From Octopus bimaculoides (taxonomy: Eukaryota), in assembly GCF_001194135.2 (NCBI RefSeq), contig NC_068985.1:51993428-52057427 (forward strand): 64,000 nt of DNA. Reading direction: 5' to 3'. This document shows, piece after piece, positions 1 to 11,187 of the stretch (position 1 is its first letter; each line of letters starts with the position of its first letter). Made by a program: the position numbers and the translations under genes. A model generated the notes under the pieces. It saw only the letters and a list, made by a program, of their open reading frames with translations. It had not been told where the DNA came from and did not search any database.

Positions 1-198
1 CTCGAACAACGACGTCATTACGTTAACACAACCGCAGTTTGACTTCTAGCTTATACGAACTTTACTGTCTCAAATTCTTAAAGATAATGTCGAACACAGA
101 GTTGTGACAAAAGTGATTTACTTAGTTCACATATAAATGATAAAGAAATTTGATGAGATATATTAGCAACTGCTTATGCTAGCAATATCTCCTTTATT

Positions 199-435
199 AA
201 GGCGGGGCGAGCTGGCAGAATCGTTAGCACACCGGGCGAAATGCTTAGCGATATTTCGTCTGCCGCTACGTTCTGAGTTCAAATTCCGCCGAGATCGACT
301 TTGCCTTTCATCCTTTCGGGGTCGATTAAATAAACACCAGTTACGCACTGGGGTCGACGTAATCGACTTAATCCCTTAGTCTGTTCTTGCTTGTCCCCTC
401 TATGTTTAGCCCCTTGTGGGCAATACAGAAATAAG
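199..435 (+). mobile_element. tRNA-derived SINE, family A (AAGGCGGCGAGCTGGCAGAATCGTTAGC head)
   Basis: Head with A-box-like TGGCAGAATCG and B-box GAGTTCAAAT; body CGACTTTGCCTTTCATCC...GTACCAG recurs in more than 15 other copies in the window. Confidence 0.85.
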
Positions 436-717
436 TATATCCTTTATTTTCTCTCTCTCTCCGTAAGAACGTCTTTACCCCAATATTTTAAAAACTAGTT
501 GCATTTATGGGAATTATCCGTTATTTTCAAACAGTAGTCGCAATACAATTAGGTTAGTTCAGTTTTTCTTAGGAATATTGAGAGATACACAATAAATATG
601 CGTTATATATATATGTCTGTAAGTAATAATATTTTATAATCTTTCATAATGTTGTTTTTATAAGCAAACATACATGTGCATTTTCTGCGATGACTTGGTA
701 AGCGGTGTCGATTCTGT

Positions 718-862
718 AAATAATTTGACTGCGGCCATGCTGGAGCACCGCCTTTAGTCGAGCAAATCGATCCCAGTACTTCTTCTTTGTAAGCCTAGTA
801 CTTAGTCTACCGATCTCTTTTGCCGAACCGCTAGGTTACGGGACGTAAACACACCAGCATCT
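718..862 (-). mobile_element. SINE family B, 3' part
   Basis: Reverse complement of the family B tail GACTAAAGGCGGTGCTCCAGCATGGCCGCAGTCAAA, also seen at 16.8-18.0 kb. Confidence 0.85.
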
Positions 863-866
863 ATTA

Positions 867-1028
867 TAGGCACAAGGCCTGAAATTTTTGGGGAGGGATG
901 AGTCAATTACATCGACCCGAATGCGTAACTGGTACTTAATTTATCGACCCCCAAAAGGATGAAAGGCAAAGTAGATCCCGGCAGCATTTGAACTCAGAAC
1001 CGCTAAATATTTCTCCCGGTGTGCTAAT
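867..1028 (-). mobile_element. SINE family A, internally deleted
   Basis: GGCACAAGGCCTGAAATTTT...GGATGAAAGGCAAAGT...TTTGAACTCAGAAC matches family A reverse strand. Confidence 0.8.
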
Positions 1029-1563
1029 ATAGATAATAATATTAATAAAAATATTTCATTAGCTTAAAGCTTATAAGCNNNNNNNNNNNNNNNNNNNNNN
1101 NNNNNNNNNNNNNNNNNNNNNNNNNNNNNNNNNNNNNNNNNNNNNNNNNNNNNNNNNNNNNNNNNNNNNNNNNNNNNNNNNNNNNNNNNNNNNNNNNNNN
1201 NNNNNNNNNNNNNNNNNNNNNNNNNNNNNNNNNNNNNNNNNNNNNNNNNNNNNNNNNNNNNNNNNNNNNNNNNNNNNNNNNNNNNNNNNNNNNNNNNNNN
1301 NNNNNNNNNNNNNNNNNNNNNNNNNNNNNNNNNNNNNNNNNNNNNNNNNNNNNNNNNNNNNNNNNNNNNNNNNNNNNNNNNNNNNNNNNNNNNNNNNNNN
1401 NNNNNNNNNNNNNNNNNNNNNNNNNNNNNNNNNNNNNNNNNNNNNNNNNNNNNNNNNNNNNNNNNNNNNNNNNNNNNNNNNNNNNNNNNNNNNNNNNNNN
1501 NNNNNNNNNNNNNNNNNNNNNNNNNNNNNNNNNNNNNNNNNNNNNNNNNNNNNNNNNNNNNNN

Positions 1564-1910
1564 AAATAATTTGACTGCGGCCATGCTGGAGCACCGCCTT
1601 TAGTCGAGCAAATCGACCCCAGGACTTATTCTTTGTAAGCCTAGTACTTATTGTATCGGACACTTTTGCCGAACCGCTAGGTTACGGGGATGTAAACACA
1701 CCAACATCGGTTGTCAAGCGATGTTGGGCGGACAAACACAGATACACAGACATATACGTCGGGCTTCTTTCAGTTTCCGTCTACCAAGTTCACTCACAAG
1801 GCTTTGGTCGGCCCGAGGCTATAGTAGAAGACACTTGCCCAACGTGCCACGCAGTGGGATTGAACCCAGAACCATGTGGTTGGTAAGCAAGCTACTTAAC
1901 ACACGTGTGC
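1564..1910 (-). mobile_element. tRNA-derived SINE family B, near complete
   Basis: Head TGTGTTAAGTAGCTTGCTTACCAACCACATGGTTCTGGGTTCAATCCC on minus strand; body and tail match the other family B copies. Confidence 0.9.
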
Positions 1911-2016
1911 CCTGAGATCCCCATTGACAGGCATCTGATATAAAATAGTGTTAACATTATGGTATGCAGATTAGTAGCTCCAGTTGTCTGTAGCTACTGT
2001 GATTTTTGCATGTCCT

Positions 2017-2220
2017 GTAAGTTCACGGTCATCATTTCACCGTAGGGAAAGTTCACCGTCATCAATTCATTGTTTTTTCCCCCATAAAATAGCTTTTAAC
2101 TATTAACGGTGAGGTACTATGGATATATCTTCTCGGCATAATTTCCTCGCGGTGAAATTTCTTCACGGTTAATTGATGGCAGTGAACTCTCCTGCGACGA
2201 ATTGATGTTAGTGAACTTAC
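2017..2220. mobile_element. MITE-like inverted-repeat element
   Basis: About 50-bp imperfect inverted arms: GTAAGTTCACGGTCATCATTTCACCGTAGGGAAAGTTCACCGTCATCAATT versus the reverse complement of AATTGATGGCAGTGAACTCTCCTGCGACGAATTGATGTTAGTGAACTTAC; internal GTTCAC/GTGAAC subrepeats. Confidence 0.6.
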
Positions 2221-2287
2221 CTGCAATCTAATTTTTGAGTATATGAACAGATTAGTTGCTTGTTTCTCTGGGATTGACTAAATTGAT

Positions 2288-2339
2288 GTAGACGACTCTG
2301 ATGAGAATCCAATGAGATTCGTAAATTGATTACGGCTAC
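2288..2339 (+). ncRNA. decayed hammerhead ribozyme-like motif
   Basis: CTGATGA, stem II GAATC/GATTC, GTAA instead of GAAA, near-palindromic AATTGATT, stem I GTAGACG/CGGCTAC with one mismatch and a 3-nt offset. Confidence 0.4.
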
Positions 2340-2380
2340 GGAGAAATAGCTAAATTAGCCCTGTTTCTATATCTACTATA

Positions 2381-2590
2381 CAGGGTGTCCACAAATTCTG
2401 GGTACATAGGATTAACAGATACTTTAATAAATTATTATTTCTTATATTTAATTGTTTATGTTATGATTTTATTTACTCCATGTACCCACATGGGGATTAA
2501 CATACTTTTAAGAAATTATTATTTCTAATATCTAATTGTTTATGTTATGATTTTATTTACTCCATGTACCCAAACCTTGTGGATACTCTA
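2381..2590. mobile_element. Tc1/mariner-type MITE with internal tandem duplication
   Basis: TA|CAGGGTGTCCACAAATTCTGGGTACAT ... ATGTACCCAAACCTTGTGGATACTCTA|TA; about 85-bp unit duplicated at 2400-2572. Confidence 0.75.
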
Positions 2591-2614
2591 TATAAGTTAT
2601 ATATATATATGCGA

Positions 2615-2775
2615 CAGGATTCTCTCAGTTTCTGTGAACCAAATCCACTCACAAGGCTTGGTTGGCCCGAGGCTATAGTAAAAGACACTTGCCCAAGGTA
2701 CCATGCAGTAGGACTGAATCTAAGACCACATGGCTGCGAATCAAAGTTTTCAACCACTTAGCCAATGCTGCCCCT
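2615..2775 (-). mobile_element. SINE family B, 5' part
   Basis: Reverse complement of GGCTAAGTGGTTGAAAAC...GATTCAGTCCTACTGCATGGTACCTTGGGCAAGTGTC. Confidence 0.8.
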
Positions 2776-3375
2776 ATTACCAGTTATATGTTTAAAATAT
2801 TAAAAAAAAAAGAAAGAATGAAGAACATGAGGCATGCTTAAAGACATATAGTAGAAAAAAATAACCATAGAACCAGTCATTGAAATAACAATAGAAACGG
2901 CTTCAGAAAACAGCAGTAGAATAACGACTTGTATATATAAAAGGAAACAACTATACACCGAGCAAAGACGTGAACAAACTGAGTTGATGGTGATAAGATA
3001 TAAACAATAAATGACGAGAAGGTAATAAAGCAAAAAATTAAATTTGCTATCTCTTGTCTTTTCGCATTTAATTGAGCAAGACGTCTAGTAAGGTGCCCAC
3101 CCTCAATAGCCTCTCAGACACCACTACTAATCTCAAAAGCCTTACACTCACCGCGCGCGCGACACGCGCACACACACACACACACACACTGAGATTACAA
3201 TGTCTTATTTTTTGTTTCTTTTTAAAACATTTTTATTTGCATAATCTAGTTATGTTTTGTTTTCGCTCGGTTTGATAACAAAACACGTAAAACAGATGAG
3301 AATTTAAAATTTTTTTACGTTACAAAAAAAAAAAAAAATCGGAAAAACAAAACAAAAGCAAAAATGAAAAAAAAA

Positions 3376-3752
3376 CAGGCATGGCTACGTGGTTAAAAGG
3401 CTCTCCTTGTAGTCGCGTAATTTGAGTTCAGTCCCGCTGAGCGGCACCTTGAGTCAGGGTTTTCTACTATAGCCCTGAGCCGAGCAATGCCTTGTGAGTG
3501 AATTTGGTAAACGGAAAATGCGAAAGCCTGTTTTACACACACACACACACACACACATAAAGCGTATATGTCTGTGTCTTTGAGCNNNNNNNNNNNNNNN
3601 NNNNNNNNNNNNNNNNNNNNNNNNNNNNNNNNNNNNNNNNNNNNNNNNNNNNNNNNNNNNNNNNNNNNNNNNNNNNNNNNNNNNNNNNNNNNNNNNNNNN
3701 NNNNNNNNNNNNNNNNNNNNNNNNNNNNNNNNNNNNNNNNNNNNNNNNNNNN

Positions 3753-3785
<33 letters not shown>

Positions 3786-3955
3786 AAGCGTATATGTCTG
3801 TGTCTTTGAGCTTGTGTTATTTCCACTCCCAACGCCTGACAAGCGGGTTTAGTCTGCTTACTTACTTCCCCGTAACAAACATATCGGTTCGGCAAAGGAG
3901 ACCTACAGAATAAATATCAGGTTTAAAAGTAAATACTGGGTTGATTTAATCGTCA
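3376..3955 (+). mobile_element. SINE family B (diverged) with internal (CA)n and assembly gap
   Basis: GGCATGGCTACGTGGTTAAAAGG...GAGTTCAGTCCC head; tail CGGTTCGGCAAAGGAGACC. Confidence 0.75.
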
Positions 3956-4329
3956 AACTCTCTCTTCTTAAAATTTGTGTCCTTGTGTTAAAATTGGAAA
4001 CAATCATTATAAACTGGTCCTGTTCTGAAATGAGATAGAATTACTTATTGTCACTACCGTATTTCGCAATATTTTATACTTGGTTTTAACTGTAAAAACT
4101 GGGATTCGACTTAAACACAGAGCAAAGCTAGAATCATGTAACAAACATTTTGGGCCAATACTTAATACATATCATACATACACATATGGTACATATATGT
4201 CATATATATATGATACATGTATATCATATTGCTGTCTATAGTGTTTACATACATTATGCACATGTACATATATATATACATACATACGCGCGCGCGCAAA
4301 CACGCATACGCACGCGTATAACAGAGCCA

Positions 4330-4860
4330 GATGTTTGTCTCACCGGTGAGAACGTTGAAGTTGTTGACAGCGGCATTAGCTGCGAGTCTAAAAAGACTTG
4401 AACGAACTGGTGCAGTTGTTTAGTGCTGAGCAGGAGGACAAAAGTTCAGGTCTTTAGGTGTCTGGTCCTCCTTGTCCAGTTCTATAGTTGTGAAACTTGG
4501 ACACTGTTTGGAGCCCTTAGGAGCCGCCTGAATTCCTTTGGTACCAGAACCTTTTGCATGATTATGGGTTACCATTGGTCGGATTTAGTATTCAGTCAAC
4601 GGCTCTACTCAGAAACTGGGATGCGTCCTGTTACTTCTATAATTCGATAGCGCCTGCTTAGACTGTTTGGTCATGTTACTTATCGTGCTTTCTTCACTGA
4701 GATTCCGGTTGGGTTGATGGCTCGTGCAGATCAACCACGTGTCACATGGCCACGGTAGATGAGGTATCTCACTGAGATGCGGACTAATTGGGGCTCTGCT
4801 GGACGGGTCACCTGGGACGACTGGGGAAAATGCAGACAAATGGCGAATGCAGCAACAACT
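4330..4860 (+). pseudogene. RTE-clade LINE fragment (late RT / C-terminal region)
   Basis: GENVEVVDS, then LSRRTKVQVFRCLVLLVQFYSCETWTL...RLLRLFGHV, resembling the RTE motifs K..lyr..vlpvllYgcETWtl and lrwfGHv; stops and deletions present. Confidence 0.75.
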
Positions 4861-5184
4861 GACAAGCCATGAATAGCCATCTATGTGTCATGCTTGACAT
4901 ATATACATCCTTGAAAGTCATGATGCTGTGGAATTTTTTGTGCGAGAGAAAATCTCTTCATAGACGTACAGTGTTAAGAAAACACACACTATAAATCGGA
5001 AAGAAGTGATTATCGTCTGAATCACAATATTTAATGACATATCTAACTCGAAATGACATAGGATCTGTCATGAGCTCTACGACTCATAAGGTTACATCCT
5101 GAATTTGACGAAGGCCCGTCGTAGCGTTAACTTTCCAACTATTGTTAGAAATTATTATATAGTTGAGTGGACTGGAGCATCGTG

Positions 5185-5275
5185 TAATGGTTACACCGCC
5201 TGGCCCAGGAATCGAAACTGTGATTTTACAGTCGTGAGTGCAACACCCTAACCACTTCGGCACGCACCTTCACAT
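5185..5275 (-). mobile_element. SINE family C head remnant
   Basis: Reverse complement of GTGAAGGTGCGTGCCGAAGTGGTTAGGGTGTTGCACTCACGAC...GTTTCGATTCC. Confidence 0.65.
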
Positions 5276-5539
5276 GACATTTACGCCATAAATATAACAA
5301 TAATTTTGATGAAGTTCGATGGCGACAATATAGCGATATCTTGACATAAGTAGAAGCAAAATGGTCGACTTGCTAGAATATTGAACAATCAGTTTATTGT
5401 TTTGTTAATGTAAAAGCACTATAATTATAGATTTCCTTATTAAAGGAAAATGTATTATATCATTTAAGAATGAAATCTGAACACAATCTCATTCAAAGCA
5501 CATAACTATTTATCTACTGGTTTCAATTTTCTGGTTTAA

Positions 5540-5708
5540 CCTTTTAGCACTTAAACTGGCCATATCAGGAACAAATATTCTACTTGTTTTATGCTCAAAC
5601 CTACCAGATCCAGTGAGAGACTATATTCTAAAAGTACACAATTGCATCATCGAAGTCTCAATACCTGTGATAAGCATTACACTTGACAGAAATCTGAATG
5701 CTAAAGGG
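5540..5708. mobile_element. piggyBac-type MITE (TTAA target)
   Basis: TTAA|CCTTTTAGCA ... TGCTAAAGGG|CTAA; 10-bp TIR with one mismatch. Confidence 0.6.
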
Positions 5709-5898
5709 CTAAAATATAAACTCTAGAACATAGTATCAAAATAATACGTAATATTCCCACAATTCAATGCGGCTCTCTTCGCCCTTCTACGTCATCCCAT
5801 CTACCAACTCTGCCTCAGCTCTCCCCTTACTCTAACTCATCTCCACTAAACTCTTTGTCCAGTCCTTTCTTCTTTTTCAAAATCCTGTCGGTATAGGC

Positions 5899-6218
5899 CT
5901 GTAGTTCTCAACCGGGGTCCATATAAGGTGTTGCGGTGTCCATGGAAGCAAAATAGTAGATTGGATATCCACAGTGGTATGTTAATTGCCCATGAAAACG
6001 TTTTGATTTAGATGTATTTATTGGAAGAAACAGTTAGGTTTCTTTCTCTAACGTTTTACATTAACCTTTACAAGTTAATGTATGAATAACAAAATAGAGA
6101 TTTTGAAAAAAGGATCTATAAAATTAATTTTTAAACATCGAATAGTTACGGGGGTCCACCAGAATAGAATATTAATCAAAGTATTCCATAGAAAAAAAAA
6201 ATGGTTGAAAACCCCCTG
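5899..6218. mobile_element. hAT (Charlie-like) MITE
   Basis: Termini CTGTAGTTCTCAACC / GGTTGAAAACCCCCTG; perfect 8-bp target-site duplication GTATAGGC at 5891-5898 and 6219-6226. Confidence 0.85.
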
Positions 6219-6809
6219 GTATAGGCTTTCCACTCACTTAACACATTTGAACTATTAAAAATATCAGCCTAATTTTGCTCAAATCACACGGTAGCTGTCA
6301 TGAAATCGGAAGGACACAGAAAATGTAGTTTTTGGTGAAACATCGAATACGCTTTGCTTCAGCTGAAAGTGCAGAAGCTACTAAGAGAACTTTCAAGCTC
6401 TTTTTTAAATCCATTACAACGTTAGAAACCTTTCCGTGTCGTCAGCAGGTATCTAAGTTCACAAGCTTTTCACCCCATGGCCTCTACGCTTTGTTTGAAT
6501 GGGGCAGCAATGGAAGGCTACAGACAATGTAGTTCCAAATACATTTTGTCTAAATAAAAGATCGGATGGTTATAGGTAGAAGACTTTCATTTGGTTCTAC
6601 GGTTTGGATCGAAAGAAACGCAGAGTTAAAATGGTTGCGGACTAAAGTACCGAATAAAAATTAATAAGTCGGTGTCAATTCTAACAGAATTGCAAGCTTC
6701 AATAGTTTCTAAAATATTCTTGAGCAAAAAAAAAAAAAACTTTAAAAAGAAGACAAAAAAGAAAAACAAACAAAAACAAAACGATGAGAATAACATATAA
6801 ATACAAAAT

Positions 6810-6978
6810 TATATAAACATATATAGACATATACATGCAAATATCTATACATATATGTCTATATATTGTATATGTGTGTATATGTATATAAATGTGTGTG
6901 TATATATATATAGATATATATATATATACACACACACATACATACGTACATACATACATACACATATATATATATATG

Positions 6979-7022
<44 letters not shown>

Positions 7023-7366
7023 CACACATTTGTAAGTACGTACATAGACATATATATTATGCATGTTTGTGTTTGTATGCGTTTATATATATAGATGTAT
7101 TTGTGTGTGTATACATATATGTGTGTGCATGTGTGTGCATATGTAAGTATGGGTATGTATGTATGTATGTATTTATGTGTGTGTGTGTAAGTGTGTGCAT
7201 TTCATAGGAATTATTTTTCTGTAAAATAACTTCATATTCTTTCTCGAAATTCAGACGACTTTACCATTCCAGTTAATGTTATCTTTTTAAGTTTGTGTAC
7301 TTGACACTGTTGTTATTGCTGTTGTTGTGAGTATGTCTGTGCCACTTGTGCATGGGTGTGTATATG

Positions 7367-7437
<71 letters not shown>
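6810..7437. repeat. compound (TA)n/(CA)n/(TG)n microsatellite tracts
   Basis: Directly visible; runs into N-gap at 7438. Confidence 0.95.
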
Positions 7438-8534
7438 NNNNNNNNNNNNNNNNNNNNNNNNNNNNNNNNNNNNNNNNNNNNNNNNNNNNNNNNNNNNNNN
7501 NNNNNNNNNNNNNNNNNNNNNNNNNNNNNNNNNNNNNNNNNNNNNNNNNNNNNNNNNNNNNNNNNNNNNNNNNNNNNNNNNNNNNNNNNNNNNNNNNNNN
7601 NNNNNNNNNNNNNNNNNNNNNNNNNNNNNNNNNNNNNNNNNNNNNNNNNNNNNNNNNNNNNNNNNNNNNNNNNNNNNNNNNNNNNNNNNNNNNNNNNNNN
7701 NNNNNNNNNNNNNNNNNNNNNNNNNNNNNNNNNNNNNNNNNNNNNNNNNNNNNNNNNNNNNNNNNNNNNNNNNNNNNNNNNNNNNNNNNNNNNNNNNNNN
7801 NNNNNNNNNNNNNNNNNNNNNNNNNNNNNNNNNNNNNNNNNNNNNNNNNNNNNNNNNNNNNNNNNNNNNNNNNNNNNNNNNNNNNNNNNNNNNNNNNNNN
7901 NNNNNNNNNNNCCATACACACATCCACACTCAGGAACCACTTCCATTATCATCATCATGATGAGCAGCAGCAGCAGCAATAGTAACAACAACAGCAGCAC
8001 AGCTAGAAAGCAAAGCAAACCGCCTCGGTTTACTATCCCCTTGTCTTATAAATATCCCCCCCCCCATATCTCCTTATATACACTCCTACACTCTAGAACT
8101 TTCTCAGTGATTTTTTTTTAGCCTATTTATATCACAAAACAACAACAAACAACTAAATAACCATGCAAACAAGTACAACAACGACAAGCTTATAATTCAT
8201 GGTGGAAACTAATATTCTCGATTCGTGTAAAGCGAAACCAAGAGAATAAAAATTCTTAGTTTGTCTTTCAGTGAGTTGTCAAGTATTTTAGTACAGACGT
8301 TAATATATCAAAGCTGTCGTGACATGAAGAACATCACGGAGAAGAACATGTATGTTGAGGTGGACATCTTGTTGTTCTTCTGCTCTTCGTAGTAAAAGTA
8401 TTATGGATGGCACCGTTTTTTGGCGGGTATTGACGGGTAGGTATTGATTCTGGTCAAAGAATGCTAATTGGCCACGAGAGATTGTAGTCACTTCAGACAG
8501 GAAAAAAAATGTAAGCACACCGATTGCAACAATA

Positions 8535-9110
8535 ATGGTCACAGTAACCGCCGTACCAACGTCATCACCATCACCATCACCGCTCCGAACCACCACGACC
8601 ACGACCTCTATCATCGCCACAGTCACAAACCTTTGCAATAACAACTACCACTGCGACTATAAGAGCAAATACCATACTAACCATAACAACAACCACCATC
8701 ACAACAACCACTACAACTATCATCGCAACTACTGAAAACATCACCAATCTAATCATCAGAACATCAGCTAACGAATTCACCACCGCTCCAAATACTACTA
8801 CCACAACGATCATTGGAACCACTGCAACAACCATTACTATAACAGCGACCATAATAACTTTCACGATCATCACCACTACACCAACCACATCGACCATCAT
8901 AGTACCTACTACTATAAATACGACTACCATCGCGACGACGATGACCACCACCACTACCACCACATCACCCATCACAACAATCAGCACATTAACCACAACG
9001 ACAATACCTACAACAACCAGTATGTACCTCCCACACATTAACTACCACACTAAGCACTACCGTAATAAACACCACATCCACCAATACCTTATGAAACATC
9101 ACTATCACAT
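8535..9110. repeat. degenerate ACN-trinucleotide low-complexity tract
   Basis: ACC/ACT/AAC/ATC-rich imperfect triplets; produces Thr-rich and Val-rich pseudo-ORFs. Confidence 0.85.
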
Positions 9111-9477
9111 TAAACATCCTGTCTGTGCGTACATGCAGCTATGGCACAATTCTTTACTAATGCAGAGTTATTTCCTCAAGTGTTTCACTCTAGATAACCA
9201 TCATATTTTGAAGGGTCTTAAATCTTACATAATTCGTTTCGTAGGCCCCTTTTTCTCTCTCCTTTAAAGTTTATATAACGAACCTGTCTCTCATTGCACG
9301 CTTTTAGTAATTGCCTTGAAACTATTTAAAATTCATCATCGTGAATAGATATTTAGCCATGCAAATTCATACTGCATGCATACATACATACATACATACA
9401 TACATACATGCATACATACATACATACATACATGCATACATACATACATACATACATACATACATACATACATCTTA

Positions 9478-10760
9478 TTAGGTTGTCAAGAAAGTTCTTG
9501 CAGTTTTTAACCCTTAAATTCAGATGCACATATCTCGGCTCAAACAAAACTTTATTAATCGAAAGAAACACCATCAGAATCAACACACTTTTGCCAACGC
9601 GAAACAAGTTTATTTACATCAGTAGCGTAAAAATATTGCTTTCTGGTGGCGATGAAGTCGTTGAAGGCGTGTTTGGCATCGTCTTCGTTTTTAAAGCATT
9701 TCTCACACAGGAAGTTGTCGAGATGCTTGAAAAAGTGGTAGTTGGTAGGCGAGAGGTCTGGTGAGTATGGCGGATGAGGCAGAGTTTCGTAGCCCAATTC
9801 GTTCAACTTCTGCAGGGTCAGTTGTGCGACATGCGGCGGAGTGTTGTCGTGAAGAAGAATTGGTCCTTTTCTATTGACCAATGCTGGCTGTTGTTGTCGG
9901 AATTTCTTATGCATTCCATCTATTTGCTGACAGTACTTTGCCGTAATGGTTTCGCCTGGATCCAAAAAGCTGTGATGGATGAGACCGATCGCAGACCACC
10001 AAACAGTCACCATAACCATCTTTTGGTGAAGCTTTGGCTTCGGGAAGTGCCGTGAAGCTTCGTCAGCGTCCAACCACTGAGCTGAGCATCGCCGGTTGTC
10101 GTAAAGAATTCACTTTTCATTGCAAGTCACAATCCGGTCGACAAACGGGTCTTTCTTGTTGCGCAAAAGAAGGGAAGACGACACTTCAAAACGGCGTTTT
10201 AGTTTTGGTTGTCGTTCAATTGATGCGGCACCCGTTTATCAAGTATTTTTGTTTTTCCAATCTCTTTCAAGTGGTTGGAAATTGTCGTATACGTTACGTC
10301 TAATTCAGAAGCAAGCTCTCGAACAGTTGTGCGTGGATTGGCTTCCACTAAGGCTCTTAGTTGATCGTTGTCAACATCCGATGGCCGACGAATACGCTTA
10401 TCATCATCAAGACTCTCATCACCGCTACAAAATTTCTTGAACCACCATTGTGCTGTACGTTCATTTGTGGTTCCTGGGCCAAACGCATCGTTGATATCGC
10501 GAGCTGTTTCAGCAGCTTTCGGCCTAGCTTGAACTAGAATAATAAAATTGTGCGAATTTGCTTTTTGTCCATGTTGTATTCAACGTTCCAGAAAAATGGC
10601 CTAATTATTCAAAAAGAAAAACAGTAACACGATTAGATAGAGCGAAAAACGGGCTTTAAAATGATATATAAAGTCAAAGTGATTTAACGAAAATTAATTT
10701 GAAAATACATCATTTAAAACCAAAATTAAAAATTCCGCAAGAACTTTCTTGATAACCTAA
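9478..10760 (-). mobile_element. full-length mariner transposon, Hsmar1/cecropia-like, inactive
   Basis: TA|TTAGGTTGTCAAGAAAGTTCTTGC ... GCAAGAACTTTCTTGATAACCTAA|TA (24-bp TIR, 1 mismatch); 1283 bp. Confidence 0.95.
9555..10572 (-). pseudogene. mariner DD34D transposase pseudogene
   Basis: MDKKQIRTILLF*FKLGRKAAETARDINDAFG...; VTCNEK*ILYDN; HDNTPPH; HPPYSPDLSPTNYHFFKHLDNFL; RWQKCVDSDGVSFD*; at least two stops and one frameshift. Confidence 0.95.
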
Positions 10761-11187
10761 TATAAGCAATTTTTCATGTTTTGTTTTCATTTTTATGAAT
10801 ATACACAAATACATGCAATTCTGAATATGTACGCATACATGTATCTATGTATATATGCCATAGAACCTTACTAGACATCAATATTCAATTGTTGTCCAAG
10901 CCTAGTTAGGTTACCTATGAAGAAAACCAAACAATACCAAAGTAAGCGATACCCACAAGCTATCAATCCACAGACACTTTCCACTTTAGAAGAATAAAGG
11001 ACAACGCAGAATAACAAGACTAAAATATAAGAAATTCACTATGGAGTATGACGTTTGTTGTTCACACCTGGACAGTACTATTTACTCTGGTGATATCCAC
11101 AGTTACAAATCTAGACACTGCCTTATTACGGAAGGACTTGGTACTTTTTTATTGTATTCTGTGAGCCGTCGTAACGTTTCTATTTAG

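Noticed and set aside
3533-3810. Identical (CA)n-TAAAGCGTATATGTCTGTGTCTTTGAGC on both sides of a gap
   Set aside because: Most likely overlapping contig ends left unmerged, not a biological duplication
5095-5135. TTGACGAAGGCCCGTCG resembling the start of a Penelope-type hammerhead
   Set aside because: No GAAA half or pairable stems
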